Below, piece after piece: positions 13,901-25,774 of a DNA stretch of 64,000 nt. Position 1 is the first letter of the stretch; the number at the start of each line of letters is the position of its first letter. The notes below the pieces were generated by a model. It saw only the letters and a list, made by a program, of their open reading frames with translations, was not told the DNA's origin and made no database searches. Made by a program: the position numbers and the translations under genes. Source of the stretch: Raillietiella orientalis (Eukaryota); the NCBI GenBank assembly GCA_036172245.1, contig JAYWIR010000006.1, positions 5,766,001-5,830,000 on the forward strand, given 5' to 3'.

Positions 13901-14420
13901 CCCTTTCCGCCACAGCGCTGTCCTTCGTTGTCGAGGTTCGTGGCACCAGCCTGCATGCTAGGTGGCTGATTTCCTGTGAAGTTCCGAGTCGCAGGAAACC
14001 CCTTGGTAGCTGAACTGCCTGCCAGCTTGCTGACGCAGCAGTAACAAAAACCTCTTCCAAACGACTTCTGCGTTGAGACTTGTTCTTCGGAATTCCTCCC
14101 GAGGGTCTGAAGATGCTCAGTAATAACGGACAGTGAGCTGTTCCCCCTCAAGTGGCAGCAGTCGGCGCTGCTGTCATTGCATTGGAGGCTCCCATGCAAC
14201 GCGCGCAGGCTCCAATGGACGAGGGGGAGTGACGCACCGAATTTTGTCAGATGGAGGGAATTAGAATCCTTCCCGCACCCGCTAGTGCATTATGTTGCCC
14301 TCCGGGCAGTGGGGGAACTTTTTTCCACGGTCCTTTCCATTCTGGTGGACAATCCCTGCTGGCGTCCTTAAGCTACTCGTTGCTCGGAATGCCCAACAGC
14401 CGCAACCTCAGCGCAATGCT
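10902..14420 (+). repeat. Dispersed 131-bp direct repeat pair (10902-11032 and 14290-14420)
   Basis: Ungapped manual alignment gives 108/131 identical (about 82%). Confidence 0.85.
13792..13836. repeat. 45-bp near-perfect palindrome/hairpin
   Basis: tgaccggctgttggca-atttcggccgaag-tgccaacagccggtca: a perfect 16-bp stem with an internal ttcggccgaa palindrome. Confidence 0.9.
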
Positions 14421-17400
14421 GTATGTGACTCATTATTGCTGCAGCTCAGGAGAGGATGCAATGACAGGGAAGGCATCTTCACAACCCGCTTCCTGTGGAT
14501 TGCCCGAGATGGACCCACCTAGGAAGTAATGAGGAGCTCGATGACATCTTGCATCGGATGCAGAGGTCCCAGAGGAACGGGCAGTGATCTCCTCCCCTGT
14601 CACCTAACCATAAGAACAATCGTTTTTGCTGATTTGATTCTTGTTTTGTTTTTTTCAATTTGGTTCCTTGTCCTGTTCCCCTCTGTTTCTGGACCTCGTC
14701 GGTGTTCCCTGAGGAATTGCTCAACTGGTGGAACGTAAGTCCTGCCTCATTTATATGTTCATTTTTAAAATAATCGTCCCGGAGAGAGCAGATGACAATC
14801 CTGGTGTGGTGCCCCCAGTGCTCGTGGAAGGAGGAGTGGTGGATCAGGGCTCCAAAATCTGGAGTACGTAGTCGCCAGCGGCGTGGTGCGAAGCCGAACG
14901 TCTTCCCCAACCACGCATCTGGGAATGGGGCGTTTCTCCTTTTCCGCCTGCAGCAGAACGCGCGGCATCTCGAACGAGCAGAGGAAACCGCGGTCGACCG
15001 TGAACTTTGAGGAAAACGGACTCGTGAGCAAGACACTGCCATCTTGCAGTGCCCCTCAGGAAGCCCCCAAGGACCGCGGTGCTCCTGCTCGGAGAGTTCT
15101 TCGGACTTTACGTAGCTGCCGTGGTGCTCTGTGGGCGGAGCAGATTCCACGCCAAGAAAGAGGAGCGCAGCTCCTCTTTCTTGGCGCCTCCTCGCTCCTT
15201 CCCACGAAGAGGAGGTTTTTTCCTTCCCGAGAGGACGCTCCCCTGTCCCCCACTTTTCGCAGGTGGGCGGGCTTCCTGGATGGCGAAAGACGGGGACAAG
15301 CTCAGTGGTGCCGAAAGATTCGCGCTGGTCCCCTGCGCAGAGTCGGCAATTTGGTGTGCTGCCATTCTCAGCCCCCCGCTCACGGCGAGTTCTCTTGGAG
15401 CGACTGTCCCGACGCAGCGCTGCCACATACGACACTCGCATCTAGACGACCTCCTCATTGCTCAAGCAACTTCCACCATCACCCCCAACGATCTCCGGAA
15501 GCGTCTTCACACGCTTTGCAGGTGAAAGGCGCTTCCGGAAGGTCAGTCTTGCGGGCTTCCCTGTGTCCGATACACGATCCTCCAGGACTCCTTAATCAGA
15601 AAGGTGTCACCCACAAGAGGAGAAGGAGGAGGTTTTCTTTTTTTTTCTCCCGAGAGCCTCGCTTCGTCCTTGGAGGATGTGGTGTTCACTTTTCGCTTCG
15701 ATCTGGAATGATCAACCAAGGCTGCGAGAGAAACCCAGTCGACTGTCCTCGTTGTGCCGCCATCAGAGGGCAGGAAGAAAAGGAAGAAAAAAAACAAGAA
15801 AAGAAAACAAAAATGGGGCCAAGACGCCCCACCGTGGCAGCTGGAGGCGAGGAGCAAACTGTGGCGACTTATTTTTTTCTGTTTTCTTGGGTTCCGTTTG
15901 GCACTTCGTCCGGAGTGAGGGAGAGCCTCTGCGAGCAGAGACCGGGGAGCGCCTCCGCGTGCAACCCGAGCCTTCCCGCGAACGGGGAAGGGGGCGAATT
16001 TTCCCTCTCTCATCCAGGGCATCTGGAGCGTCTCCCGGAGAGACGCGGGCGACGTCGCTCCGGGAAGGGAGCGCTCCGGCCTGACCTCCTTCCTTACCCT
16101 CTCCTCCCGCCGGAACGACGCGACAAAAGGAGCGTTGTCGTCCCCCGCGCGAAGGACATCCCCCTCTCTTCCAGCTGGCGGCGGGAACGCTCCGGCTCGC
16201 TTCCCAAGTTCGAAAAATGTCAAGGTGCAATTCCCCGCGTGCTTCGAGCGATCACCACGTCACGCGGCTGCACCCGAAATAGCAGCGGAAACGCAGACGA
16301 GCCAAAACCACCGGGAGGCGAACAGAGAGTCGGCCCAGGAGGAAGAGCCGGGATCTGTGAATGAATGAGCGTCCTGGATGGGTGCGGCGCACCCCCCGCC
16401 GTTCCTCCACCGCGAGCGCTCGGCACTAAAGCCAGGAAGCCGATTCCCCTCCTCCTCTCCCGACAGTTCGCTCCCACCCCTGATGGCGTGCTGGTTTTCC
16501 GTTGTCTCGAACGCAAACACCCCGACGGAGCACAGCACAGCTCGAAGAACGTCCATGCTGACCAGAAGGTGCTCCGGGCGATCCTCGCCCTGCTCACACG
16601 TCTGTCCACAAGGCAGCAACAGAGACAAGGGGGAAAGAAAAAAAACACACGCGCTCGCGCGAGCGCGCAAAAAAAAAAAAAAAAAAAAAGGAAAAGAAGA
16701 AGAAAACACGGAGAAACACGCGTGAACAAAGCTATTCGTTCACCTTGACTGATGCTTGAAAGAATCGCAGGATGTAAGTTCCAAGAAGAGAGCACATCTC
16801 TCATGAATCTGCTCGCGTGCTTCAAAAACGCCCGCGAACCGGCCGTTGGACGGACGCGGCTGACAACAATGCGGTGCGCCTCCCCCTCCTCCTCTCCCCC
16901 CCCCTCCCCTCTCCTCTTGCCTGCGCTTCTTAAGCCTAGGAAACGAAACGAGGTGAGGTAGAGGGGGGGCGGGGAGCGCTCGCGGGAAAGGAACGCTTGC
17001 CGAAGAGATGAAGGATCTCGCTCTTCCCGTTCCTTCAGTGAATGCTTTCAACTCCAAGTGCAGTGATGAAACGCACCCCTACCCCCTACCTGCCAGCGAC
17101 AACAGCAAGGGCTCTGCAGAGTGCGGGATGCCTCATGGTGTGAATCGACGGGCAGCACGTCCGCCGCGCGCCGACACCGTCGCACGTTGTCATCGATAAA
17201 GTGAATGGTACGTGACCTGCTCCTTCCGGAGTGTCTTTCCCACGCCTATTTCGAAGGCGCAGGCAGGTGGACTTTCCTCAACCTGCCCCCCTCCCTCTCC
17301 CCTCCTTCCTCTTCCAAAGGCCACCCGCGCCTAAGCCGCGGGGTAAACGGGGAGAGGCGCTGCTGCGACCCACTCTGCTGGAAGCGGCGCCGCGTTCCGG

Positions 17401-17987
17401 GAGAGCGTCCTGTTTCAGAGGTACCCACTCTGTCTCCGGGTTCGGCGGAGAGACATGGGAAGGCCTTCTTGGGGGGACGAACGGAAAGGGTGGAGCAGGG
17501 GGAACCTTCCTGCGGGCGTCTTCCTGGGTTTTCCCAAACGCTTCCGCCGCCGGGCTGCTGCAGTGATCCGTGGTGGCTGGAAGGTTCCCGATCGCGCTAC
17601 GGGCGCGAAGCCGGGCACGCAGGAAAGAGAGCAGGGATCTCGCCCGAGGGCGACCGGCTCCTCCGGGCCGACTCCTCGAGGGCACCGCTGAAAGCGAACC
17701 AAGCTCCCCCTCTCCCTTTCGGCTTCCTCCACTCCCACCTGCCCCCTCTCCCCTTCGTCCATGCGCCCTTCCTCGCGGCAGCGACCGACGGGACGTCCCG
17801 TTGCCCCTTCGTTCTCTTCTTGTGCCCCTCCCTGTCGCCTTGAAGCGGCCGGGAGGCGTAGGAGGGGCGACGGATGCTGTAGGTCAGCTGCATGTCACTT
17901 CGCAATGGTGGTCCCTTTCGCTCCTTCCTCGCGGAGGAGGGGACGACGGCGACGCGACCCACCCCCCTTCCCGTCTCCCCGGCTTAC

Positions 17988-18179
17988 TTGATGGCGTTTT
18001 TTCCTCCTGGCGCTGTGCGTCAGCAGCTCGGTGGTCAGCTCTCCAGTGGAGGATGCCAGAGAGGCCGGGCTGCCCTCCCGGTTGCGCAGTCCCAGCTCCT
18101 GCAGCTCGTTGTCCTGCCCCAGGGGGCTGAAGTCTGCGCTCACGATGAAGTCCGCGTCGGCGGACCGCTTCACCGACAT
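17988..18179 (-). CDS. Coding-like exon (64 aa); candidate long alternative first exon of the GLUT gene
   Basis: gccaacATG start context and strongly GC3-biased codons. Reads MSVKRSADADFIVSADFSPLGQDNELQELGLRNREGSPASLASSTGELTTELLTHSARRKKRHQ and ends CAA|GTAAGC. Phase 0 is compatible with the 3407 exon; the link to GLUT is inferred. Confidence 0.5.
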
Positions 18180-19979
18180 GTTGGCCGGTCGGGGGAGGCG
18201 GCAGTCGCGCAGCCCGCGGCAGCGGCGGCGGCGGGCAGAGGGGGCGGTGCCGCGCACAGGACCGGCGGGCCCAAAGGAGGGAGGGGGCGCGCGTTCCCGA
18301 AAAAGGGGGAACGGGTGTGTCCCTGGCGCGGGAGGATCGCGAACTGGCCGGGTCCCGTCGCCGGCCGGGGAGCGCCTGCAGAGAGAGCGTATTTTTGGAA
18401 AGCAGCAGTGGCGGCGTCGACCTTCCCGCGCGGCTCGCCTGACGTCATGGGCCCGTCGGTGCCAAAACCCCCGGCGATCCGAAGCCAAGTTTCCGGTTCT
18501 GGGGAAGAAGAGAGGGAGGTTCCCGGGCCGGCCCGCGAGGACCTCTCCAAGGAGCGGAAGGGGGAAGCGGCAGCGGCGGAGGTGCGGCAGAGAAGGGGGG
18601 AGGGAACTGCGCTCTTCTCGTGCGTCCCCACAGACGCTCTTCACCCTACGCTTCCCGAGCGCGCGCTCGTGGAACGGCCCCAATCCATGGTCCCGGGCAA
18701 AGTCGGGGATCGGTTCCCAGAGGGAGGGCGTCTGCAGCCTGGAGCAGCCTCCCGCCGTCGTTCCTCCCCGCGGCAGAGCTCGCCGAGAAGAAGCTGCCGA
18801 GATCCACCTGGCAAGCTATCCTGGAGGGTGCGAGGAGCGACCGCCAAAAAGGCGGGCGCGCGGTCCCACATCAGCCAGCGTTTGCTAGGTGACGCGGAAC
18901 GAGGAAACTTCCAGCAGGGAGGAAAGGTACCGACACGCGCAGGGAAGGGAAGCGGATCGTCTTCCCCTTTTCCTTCCCCACGCGCTTCCCGCTGTGGGAT
19001 TGGTTCTTGAAGGTCGGCAGCGCAAATCGGATGCTGCAGCAACCATTGAGAACAACAGCAACAGCAGCAGAGTTGTCTCCGCCTCGCGGCCCTCTGCTCG
19101 GGATTTCAGTTCAGCGATGGAGGGTGGACTCACCCTTTCATGGCTTCCCTCAGGTCCCACCGCCTGGAAAAGTTAACCCACACTTCCGCAGCTCTCGCAT
19201 CGGGCGAATTCGCGGCGAGGGAGGGCCCAGGCCAGCGAAACTCCCGGGCGGCCCCGCGGGTCTGTTTAAGAAAAGTCGGGGCGACCAGCACAGGCAGGGC
19301 ACTACCCTGAAGCATCCTCGGCGTGCCCGCGACGGGCGTTAGCAGCGCGGTGCAGAGCTCGCTCTAACGAGCAGACGCTCGAGTTAAACTCAAAGCGGTT
19401 CTCACCCTGTGTAGAGGTGGCGCTGCACATGCTCGCCGAAGTCTTCGTCTTCTTTCGGTGAACTGCAGGCATCTCGCCTCGAAACGAAGCAGCTAAATCA
19501 CAGCTCCACAGCTTGTCACGTCTCTTCATCACCGCTACCTGCAACTGATGTCAACTATCAGATGTTTCGAGACAGCGCGCCGTTCATCTGCGATGCTCGG
19601 CAAGTGCAAACATGGAGCTGGCACATCTGCTGGCTCTGCATTCGTTCAAAAAGGATCTCACCATTAATCTTTGAGACGCTGGTTGCAGTTTGAAAGCGGA
19701 AAGTGCATTGCATGACCATCGTATCCCAGTTCGTCTTTTAGAAGCGGAAGGGCCGAGGGTTCATGGCATGCTGAGTTCGTTTAGTGAGCTACACTCCAAA
19801 AACATTCATGAGTGACGCTAGGGAAGTAGAAGTCGAAAAGAGACGAAGAACCAATCGCCTACCCGGGAAGAAAAAAAAATAGTCTCTGAGAAAAAAAAAC
19901 AAGCAAACTTGTTCTCTGGAATTTGGTACCTGCTTCCTACAGCATGCACGGTGAACCCTTCGGGTGGCAGCAATAGAAC

Positions 19980-20086
19980 TCAGTTAGTGGCGTCGAGGTA
20001 GCCCGCAACCTTGCATGAAGCCCGGCGTGTTTGCTCGTCGTTTGTCCAAACCTTGTTGTGCCGTAAATTGCCTAAGAAGAGTAAGT
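19980..20086 (+). promoter_or_regulatory. Probable TSS and non-coding first exon of the BTB-ZF gene
   Basis: Arthropod initiator TCAGTT at 19980-19985 and a consensus donor AAGA|GTAAGT at 20081, at the edge of the AT-rich domain. A second possible UTR exon lies at about 21353-21412 (donor AAG|GTAAGG). Confidence 0.45.
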
Positions 20087-20227
20087 GAAATGTCCAACTC
20101 TTGTCCTAGATAATTCACTTCTGCTTTTCGTATGTGACCGGTGATCATTAAGTTTGAAAGTGTTATAAGGGTTGTCAAATGAAAAAATATCCCTTACTGT
20201 GGAATGCTTTTGTGAGTCTTTTGCTGA

Positions 20228-20233
<6 letters not shown>

Positions 20234-20262
<29 letters not shown>
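20234..20262 (+). repeat. Poly(A) tract (A29)
   Basis: Read directly from the sequence. Confidence 0.9.
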
Positions 20263-20265
<3 letters not shown>

Positions 20266-22242
20266 AAAAAGAAAAGAAAGAAAACTGCTAAGTGGGAATC
20301 AGCATCAACAAATAGCAAGGGTACCTCCCAGAAGGCTTCCAATGAGCATTTTCCGAAAGACGTTGAATTATCCTACAGGTCAAAGAGTGATTATTTGCCG
20401 AAAGACGGAACCAAATGCCGGACTGCTGGCTGCTGGACCGCTGGTGAAGAAAAAACTCCCGAATCTGCTGTATGCAAACCATCGGAAAGAACGAATGCAT
20501 GGAAACGGCTATTCGGGGATTCTCGAATGTCCGTCAAACGCCACAATGCCCGTGGCCATTTTTTTCGCGTGCGGTTGCGGAGAAGCGAAATTGAATTTCA
20601 CCGAGACTTCGATGATTTCGATAGGAAAACAAATGTCGTCACGCAGTTGACAGGGAAGAGAAGGGAAGAAATCTTGGCACGATGGGAATTCACTAGTAGA
20701 GGACGTAAGTCCCGTCTCGGATATGCAATATTCGCTCCCAGCTTTCGCAGCACACCTCCGTGTGTGGACACTCTCTGCTAGGGACACACATAGTGAAGAA
20801 GGGGGGGGGGGATCACAGTAGGTTGTCCAGAAGGTCGAATGCAACAAGGAGGGGAAATAAAAATTCCCCTCGGAATGGAATGGCCCGCATCTTACAGTGC
20901 CTTCCACTTTGACCTCTTCGCAACCTCACCTTGGTCAGAAACCACAGCGTTTCCGTGAGGAGTGCACACCGCGAAATGGCGTTATTTACAATGTTCCACT
21001 TTCGGGTCTGAAAGACCACAAACTTCGAGGTTTCGGACGGAGTGGCTGGAAGCTCACCTTCGAAGATAGGTGGAAACGAATTTTGTGACGAATTTTTTTC
21101 CACCGTGATTGGAAACCGAAAGCAGGCAGTTTGTAGAGCATTTTCGTTCGACACAGGTCATTCGTGTTCACTTCTTACCCGAGAGAATCCTTCCACGAAA
21201 TTGTGCATTCCATTCACTGTGTGATTTGATGTGTTTGTGGTTGGCAGAAATGGAAACTGGATTAAATACTTGCCGGTGGTGCGTTGATTTGGGTCATGCA
21301 CGTTTGTCTTTTTTTTTTTTTTTTTTTCATTGCATGCAGTTGTTGTCTTCAGGGAGGCTTTTTCTGCAGAAAAGTGTGTAATGTCAGAGTTGCTGAATTG
21401 TTTTGCAGCAAGGTAAGGCTTCCTCCATCGATGTCGGCGAAATCCAAAGTTGTAGATGAGAATTTGCGTTTTTTTTTTCTTCCTAGTGATTCATTCTTTA
21501 GAGGAATCAAATCGTACGCGTCCATGTTTTGTTTTTGTTGATTGTTCTGCATAATTTGCAGATGGAACACAGCTAGCAACTAGGAATGTAGAATCTCAGG
21601 ATTTGCGGAAGAATGCACATTCCCTTACCCATTATTATTTTCAGCAGGGACCCCTAAGCCAAGTTTTGTTATTTGATGTGTTTATTTTATTTTTATTTCT
21701 GTTTCATGAAAATGCAGGTGATTGTGTGCATTCCATCTCACTGCAGTTGCTGCAGGTTATTTATTTGTGTGTGTGTGTATATCAAATTCGAATTCTGAGT
21801 AGTTTGTTGTGTAATTGTGTAAAAGTTGTATGGAGATTCACATTGTGCCAAGTTCGGAATGACTCATGAAAAGCGGGCAAATTTTCCAGCATGAATCGAG
21901 TTTTCGTGTTTCCGTGAGCATAATTCTACTTTTGTATAGCAGTTCCCAGAATTACATTTAATGTATTTAAAAACATGTGTATTTGCGTTTTCGTATTACT
22001 GTACAACATGAAGAACATACATGGGATCTGTGCATGTTTTTGTTATGCTTTGGTGCTGTTGTACTGTTAAATAAAGTATCCTTAATCCAAGATTATGCTT
22101 TTTTTTGAATAAAATGAGTCCTCTTTATTCATTAGGTGAGGAAATCCTGGTAATCTTTTTGTGATTTGATGAAAATTCATGATACATTTTGTTCATTTTT
22201 AAAAAATTAATTCAAACAGATTTTCCCAAAGTGATTTGCAGC

Positions 22243-23835
22243 ATGTGTGATGCACAGCATTTCTGCCTCAAGTGGAATAGTTTCCCAGATTCCATGCTCT
22301 CCGCCTTGGAAATTTTGTGGGATGATGAAGATTTTGTAGATGTAACCCTGGCATGTGACAAGAAAAGCTTCAAGGCACATAAAGTGGTGTTGTCTGCCTG
22401 CAGTCAGTACTTCCGCTCTCTACTGAAGGTACTGGTAGTTGTTTGGCAGGGGATACTGTTTCCACAAAGAAAAGTTTTTTGCTTAGTCTTCTTAGAACAG
22501 GTTGCATGGATTAAACCAAATGCACCTGAGCATTGGGATATAGCAATTATAAAGCCTGCTTGAAAAGGCTTTATAGTTGCTGTATTAAGTGGTGTTTTGG
22601 ATGTAATATTTCAGAAAAATGATAAGAATCAATTGCTAGTATTTTAAAATTATCTGTTCTCCAAGACTGAAGAAAATAAAATATGTGCAATCCACTGTCA
22701 CAGTTTTGGATTCTTTTAGGATAATCCATGTCAGCATCCTATCATAATCCTGCAGGACGTAGGTGCAGAAGAACTGAATGCTCTCCTCCAGTTCATGTAC
22801 CATGGCCAAGCAAATGTGGAACAGCAGTTATTGCCAAGTCTTCTTCAAGCAGCAGCTGTCCTGCAGATCAAAGGGCTCTCTGAGATATCGCAGCAGGCCA
22901 AGGAGGTGCGGCAAGGGTGTGGCTTGCTCTGCTCACGTTTGTCTGTGATGTCAGTGGAACCAGAACCAGCTGCAGCCGGTGTCCTGTGAGCTGCCCTCCA
23001 TAGAGCCTCTTGTTTTGAATCAGAGGAGCTCTTCACCTCTCTCCAAGAAGAAAAAGGAACTACCCATGCTGCAGTCAATTTTAACTTCAAACCGGCTGTC
23101 CCAGGAACCCCCTTCTCTTCTCCCTTCTTCACATCTAATGCCTTCAGCGGATTTCCAGGAAACAGAAGACAGTGAAGATGGTATTGGTCCCCCAGACTAC
23201 AGTGATGATGACATCCCACCTGTCATCATCAAGGAGGAGTTTGTTGATGATGATGATAGTATGGACGAAGGCAGGATGGATTCTACTCAGGTTTGAGAAT
23301 CAGCACCCTCTCTTCCTTGTAGCCACATGCCTTTCAGTGCGAAGAATATTTGTTATCATGTGATGGCCAGAATTTTGTGCCCAGGAGTCCCAAAGGAAGC
23401 ATTCTTCCCACATCCAGCCTGGTGTCTTCCGGTGACTCAACACTGCTGTCTGCTTCTGCTAAATTACACCAGGCAGCTGTCATGTCCCAAGGTATACGTA
23501 ATTCATTATTTCATTTGTTTAGTTTGTCCAGGTCTAGATAACTTGTCTGTGATGAACTCTCCTAATAATCTTCCTCCACACACTAATCATGATTCAGGTA
23601 AATTAGGGATAGTTCTATTATGCCCTTACTGTTGACAGATCAACCACGTAAGTTGGCCTTTCACGAACCTCGTCCATGCCCAGTGTGTAAGCGAGTTTAT
23701 CGAGATGCAGCAACCCTTCGCACACACACTGCTATAATGCATGTGGAAGGAATCACACCGTTTTATTGTTCTTGTGGTGCTCCTTTTCGGACCAAATATG
23801 AGATGTACATGCATAAGAAGAATGGTCACAAGTGA
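22243..23835 (+). CDS. Tramtrack-group BTB/POZ plus two C2H2 zinc fingers transcription factor (broad/abrupt-like), about 340 aa. Exons 22243-22428, 22720-22905, 23024-23290, 23371-23491, 23532-23597, 23639-23835.
   Basis: Ttk-type BTB domain: QHFCLKWN...FVDVTLACD...[30 protein letters not shown]...LLQFMYHG...LQIKGL. The linker has a basic KKKK patch and an IIKEE SUMO-type motif. The last exon reads [27 protein letters not shown]...[26 protein letters not shown] phases are consistent (1023 nt); the middle exon boundaries are less certain. Confidence 0.92.
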
Positions 23836-24806
23836 TGCTCTATAGTATATGATAGTAAATAGGCTTTCATCTCAAGGAATCCAGCTTGTGTTGACAGCAC
23901 TTATTGTGCCATTAGGGAAGATTGTGAAGGTGTAATGGACTTGCTGTTGACATTATAAGTCTACCACAATATGTGCTGAGAAACATGCACTCTTAGTAAT
24001 CTGTTCTTGGTGTTTGGTATAAATAGGTCATATGGATCACAATCTTAACATGTTGAATAATAATTTGTATTGGTTGTTTATAAAAAGTGCAAATCTGTTT
24101 ATTGACTAATTGAATCTCTACATACTATGCATTCTGGTGTAATGCCACAACTGTAAGTAGCAGTGTTGTTTCTTAGTTCTTGTGAGGATGTTTGAAAAGG
24201 AGCAAAAGCCTTGCTGTGTTCTTTGCTGGAGTTATGAAGTATGCGTTTTCTTCCAAACTATCCATACCCTCGTTTGGTACATTCTATCTCATGGGTGAAT
24301 GCACCCCATGCTTGTTGTTTAATAAATGTTCAGGGCTTTACTCCCTCAGTATTGCACTGATTTTTTGCACTGTGTTCTGTGTGAACTGCTATGTGGAATA
24401 CCAAGAGGGATCTAAGCAGCTTAGATTCTTCTTCATATGACTGGAGCCTTTTCGATATTGTTCTTGCATTTGTTTTGTAAAGTTGGAATTGTTCGATTTG
24501 TGCGCTCGAAGCGCCTCTTTTTTTTTTTTTTCCTTTTTTTTTTACATCCCTCTTGAAAAAAAAAAAAAGAAAAAACAGGCAATAATATGAAAGGAAATTT
24601 TGCCAGACATAGTACAGAAATCAATGGAATGTAAATGGGAAAGCATGCACAACTTAACGAAACAAACCAACATGGGACAAAGGAATTAAACAAATGCAAC
24701 TGAATCGAGATGTCAGAAAATAAATGGTGGTAGGTGACTTGAATAATTAGCAAATCAGTCGTCATCTCACGAATCGCAATCCTTAATGTATCCGGATGGG
24801 AGGGGT

Positions 24807-24860
24807 GGAGGAGGAGGAGGAGGAGGAGGAGGTGGTGGTGGTGGTGGTGGTGGTGGTGGT
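24807..24860 (+). repeat. Compound microsatellite (GGA)8(GGT)10
   Basis: Read directly; it explains the poly-His/poly-Leu run in ORF 24433..24948. Confidence 0.9.
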
Positions 24861-25774
24861 GCAAGTGAGCCCTGCAATCCATTCGAAAAATCAAATGGAG
24901 ACATGAGTCATGCGCATGCTTCGCGAAATTTAAAGAAAGAGCATCCACACGCCACTGACTGACTCATGGTCCTTTCAAATGCCCTCCTCGCAGCCCGGAC
25001 CCGAAAACGCAGTGCGTGACTTTTGGTCGACGGTTTCCCACCACTTTGCATTTCGAGCATGATTCTCGTTAGGAGACTTTGCCTCAGATGCCATGCCAGT
25101 CTTCTACTGCTCCGAGCCGATCGGTGTAAGTGCCCTTCACGAAGTTTTTTTTTCTTAGTTCCGTGTGTGTGTGTGTGTGTGTGTTCGGTCCCACGCGTCG
25201 TGTGTTCAGCCGAAATGCCCCTCCTTAACATTCAGCGTCTCGTAGTAGGAGCCGACGGTTTGCTGCATTCGTCGGATGTGTTTGATTGAAGGAGCTGTCT
25301 TTAATGCCTCCCGGGTGCCTGGGGCGAGGCTTCAAGTTCGGAAAACACGCTCGAATGCTTCCAGCCGCCTATTCTGTGGAGGGCCACGCGCGTTGCATAG
25401 CAGCCACGATTTGCCAACCCCTCGTCGCTTTCCTCCTCGCTGCCCACGAAGCGCTTCCATTCAAAATGGAAGGCTTTATCGCGTTCCATCCCAGAGTCTT
25501 ACACTCGATCGAGGTGAGCAGATTTTGGGCGCTGTTCGAACTTCGGGCTCGACAGGAGGTTCAGAGTTCCACGCGTAACTCCTCACCTGTCGCAGGATGT
25601 TTCGTGTGTGTGCGTGTTAGGTGGATATGTGCGTATGTATGCGGCAGGGGAGGGGGGAAATGCCTCCTTTCGGCCATCAGTCAAGGTGCCTCGCATCACG
25701 CTGACTGTGGGGTGGGGATGGGGGGATCAAGTTGGGGGCCAGAAATGAAGGCGTGTTCGCACTCTTCGCGTGTT

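Noticed and set aside
14883..16364. 493-aa plus-strand ORF
   Set aside because: Low complexity, runs through poly-A/T tracts, and has no recognisable motif or coherent composition.
11500..17700. Possible transposon or viral coding remnants, or further exons
   Set aside because: No RT, integrase, transposase or capsid motifs were recognised, and candidate exons on either strand could not be joined consistently.
24433..24948. ORF with poly-His/poly-Leu
   Set aside because: It is the translation of the (GGA)(GGT) microsatellite and A/T tracts.
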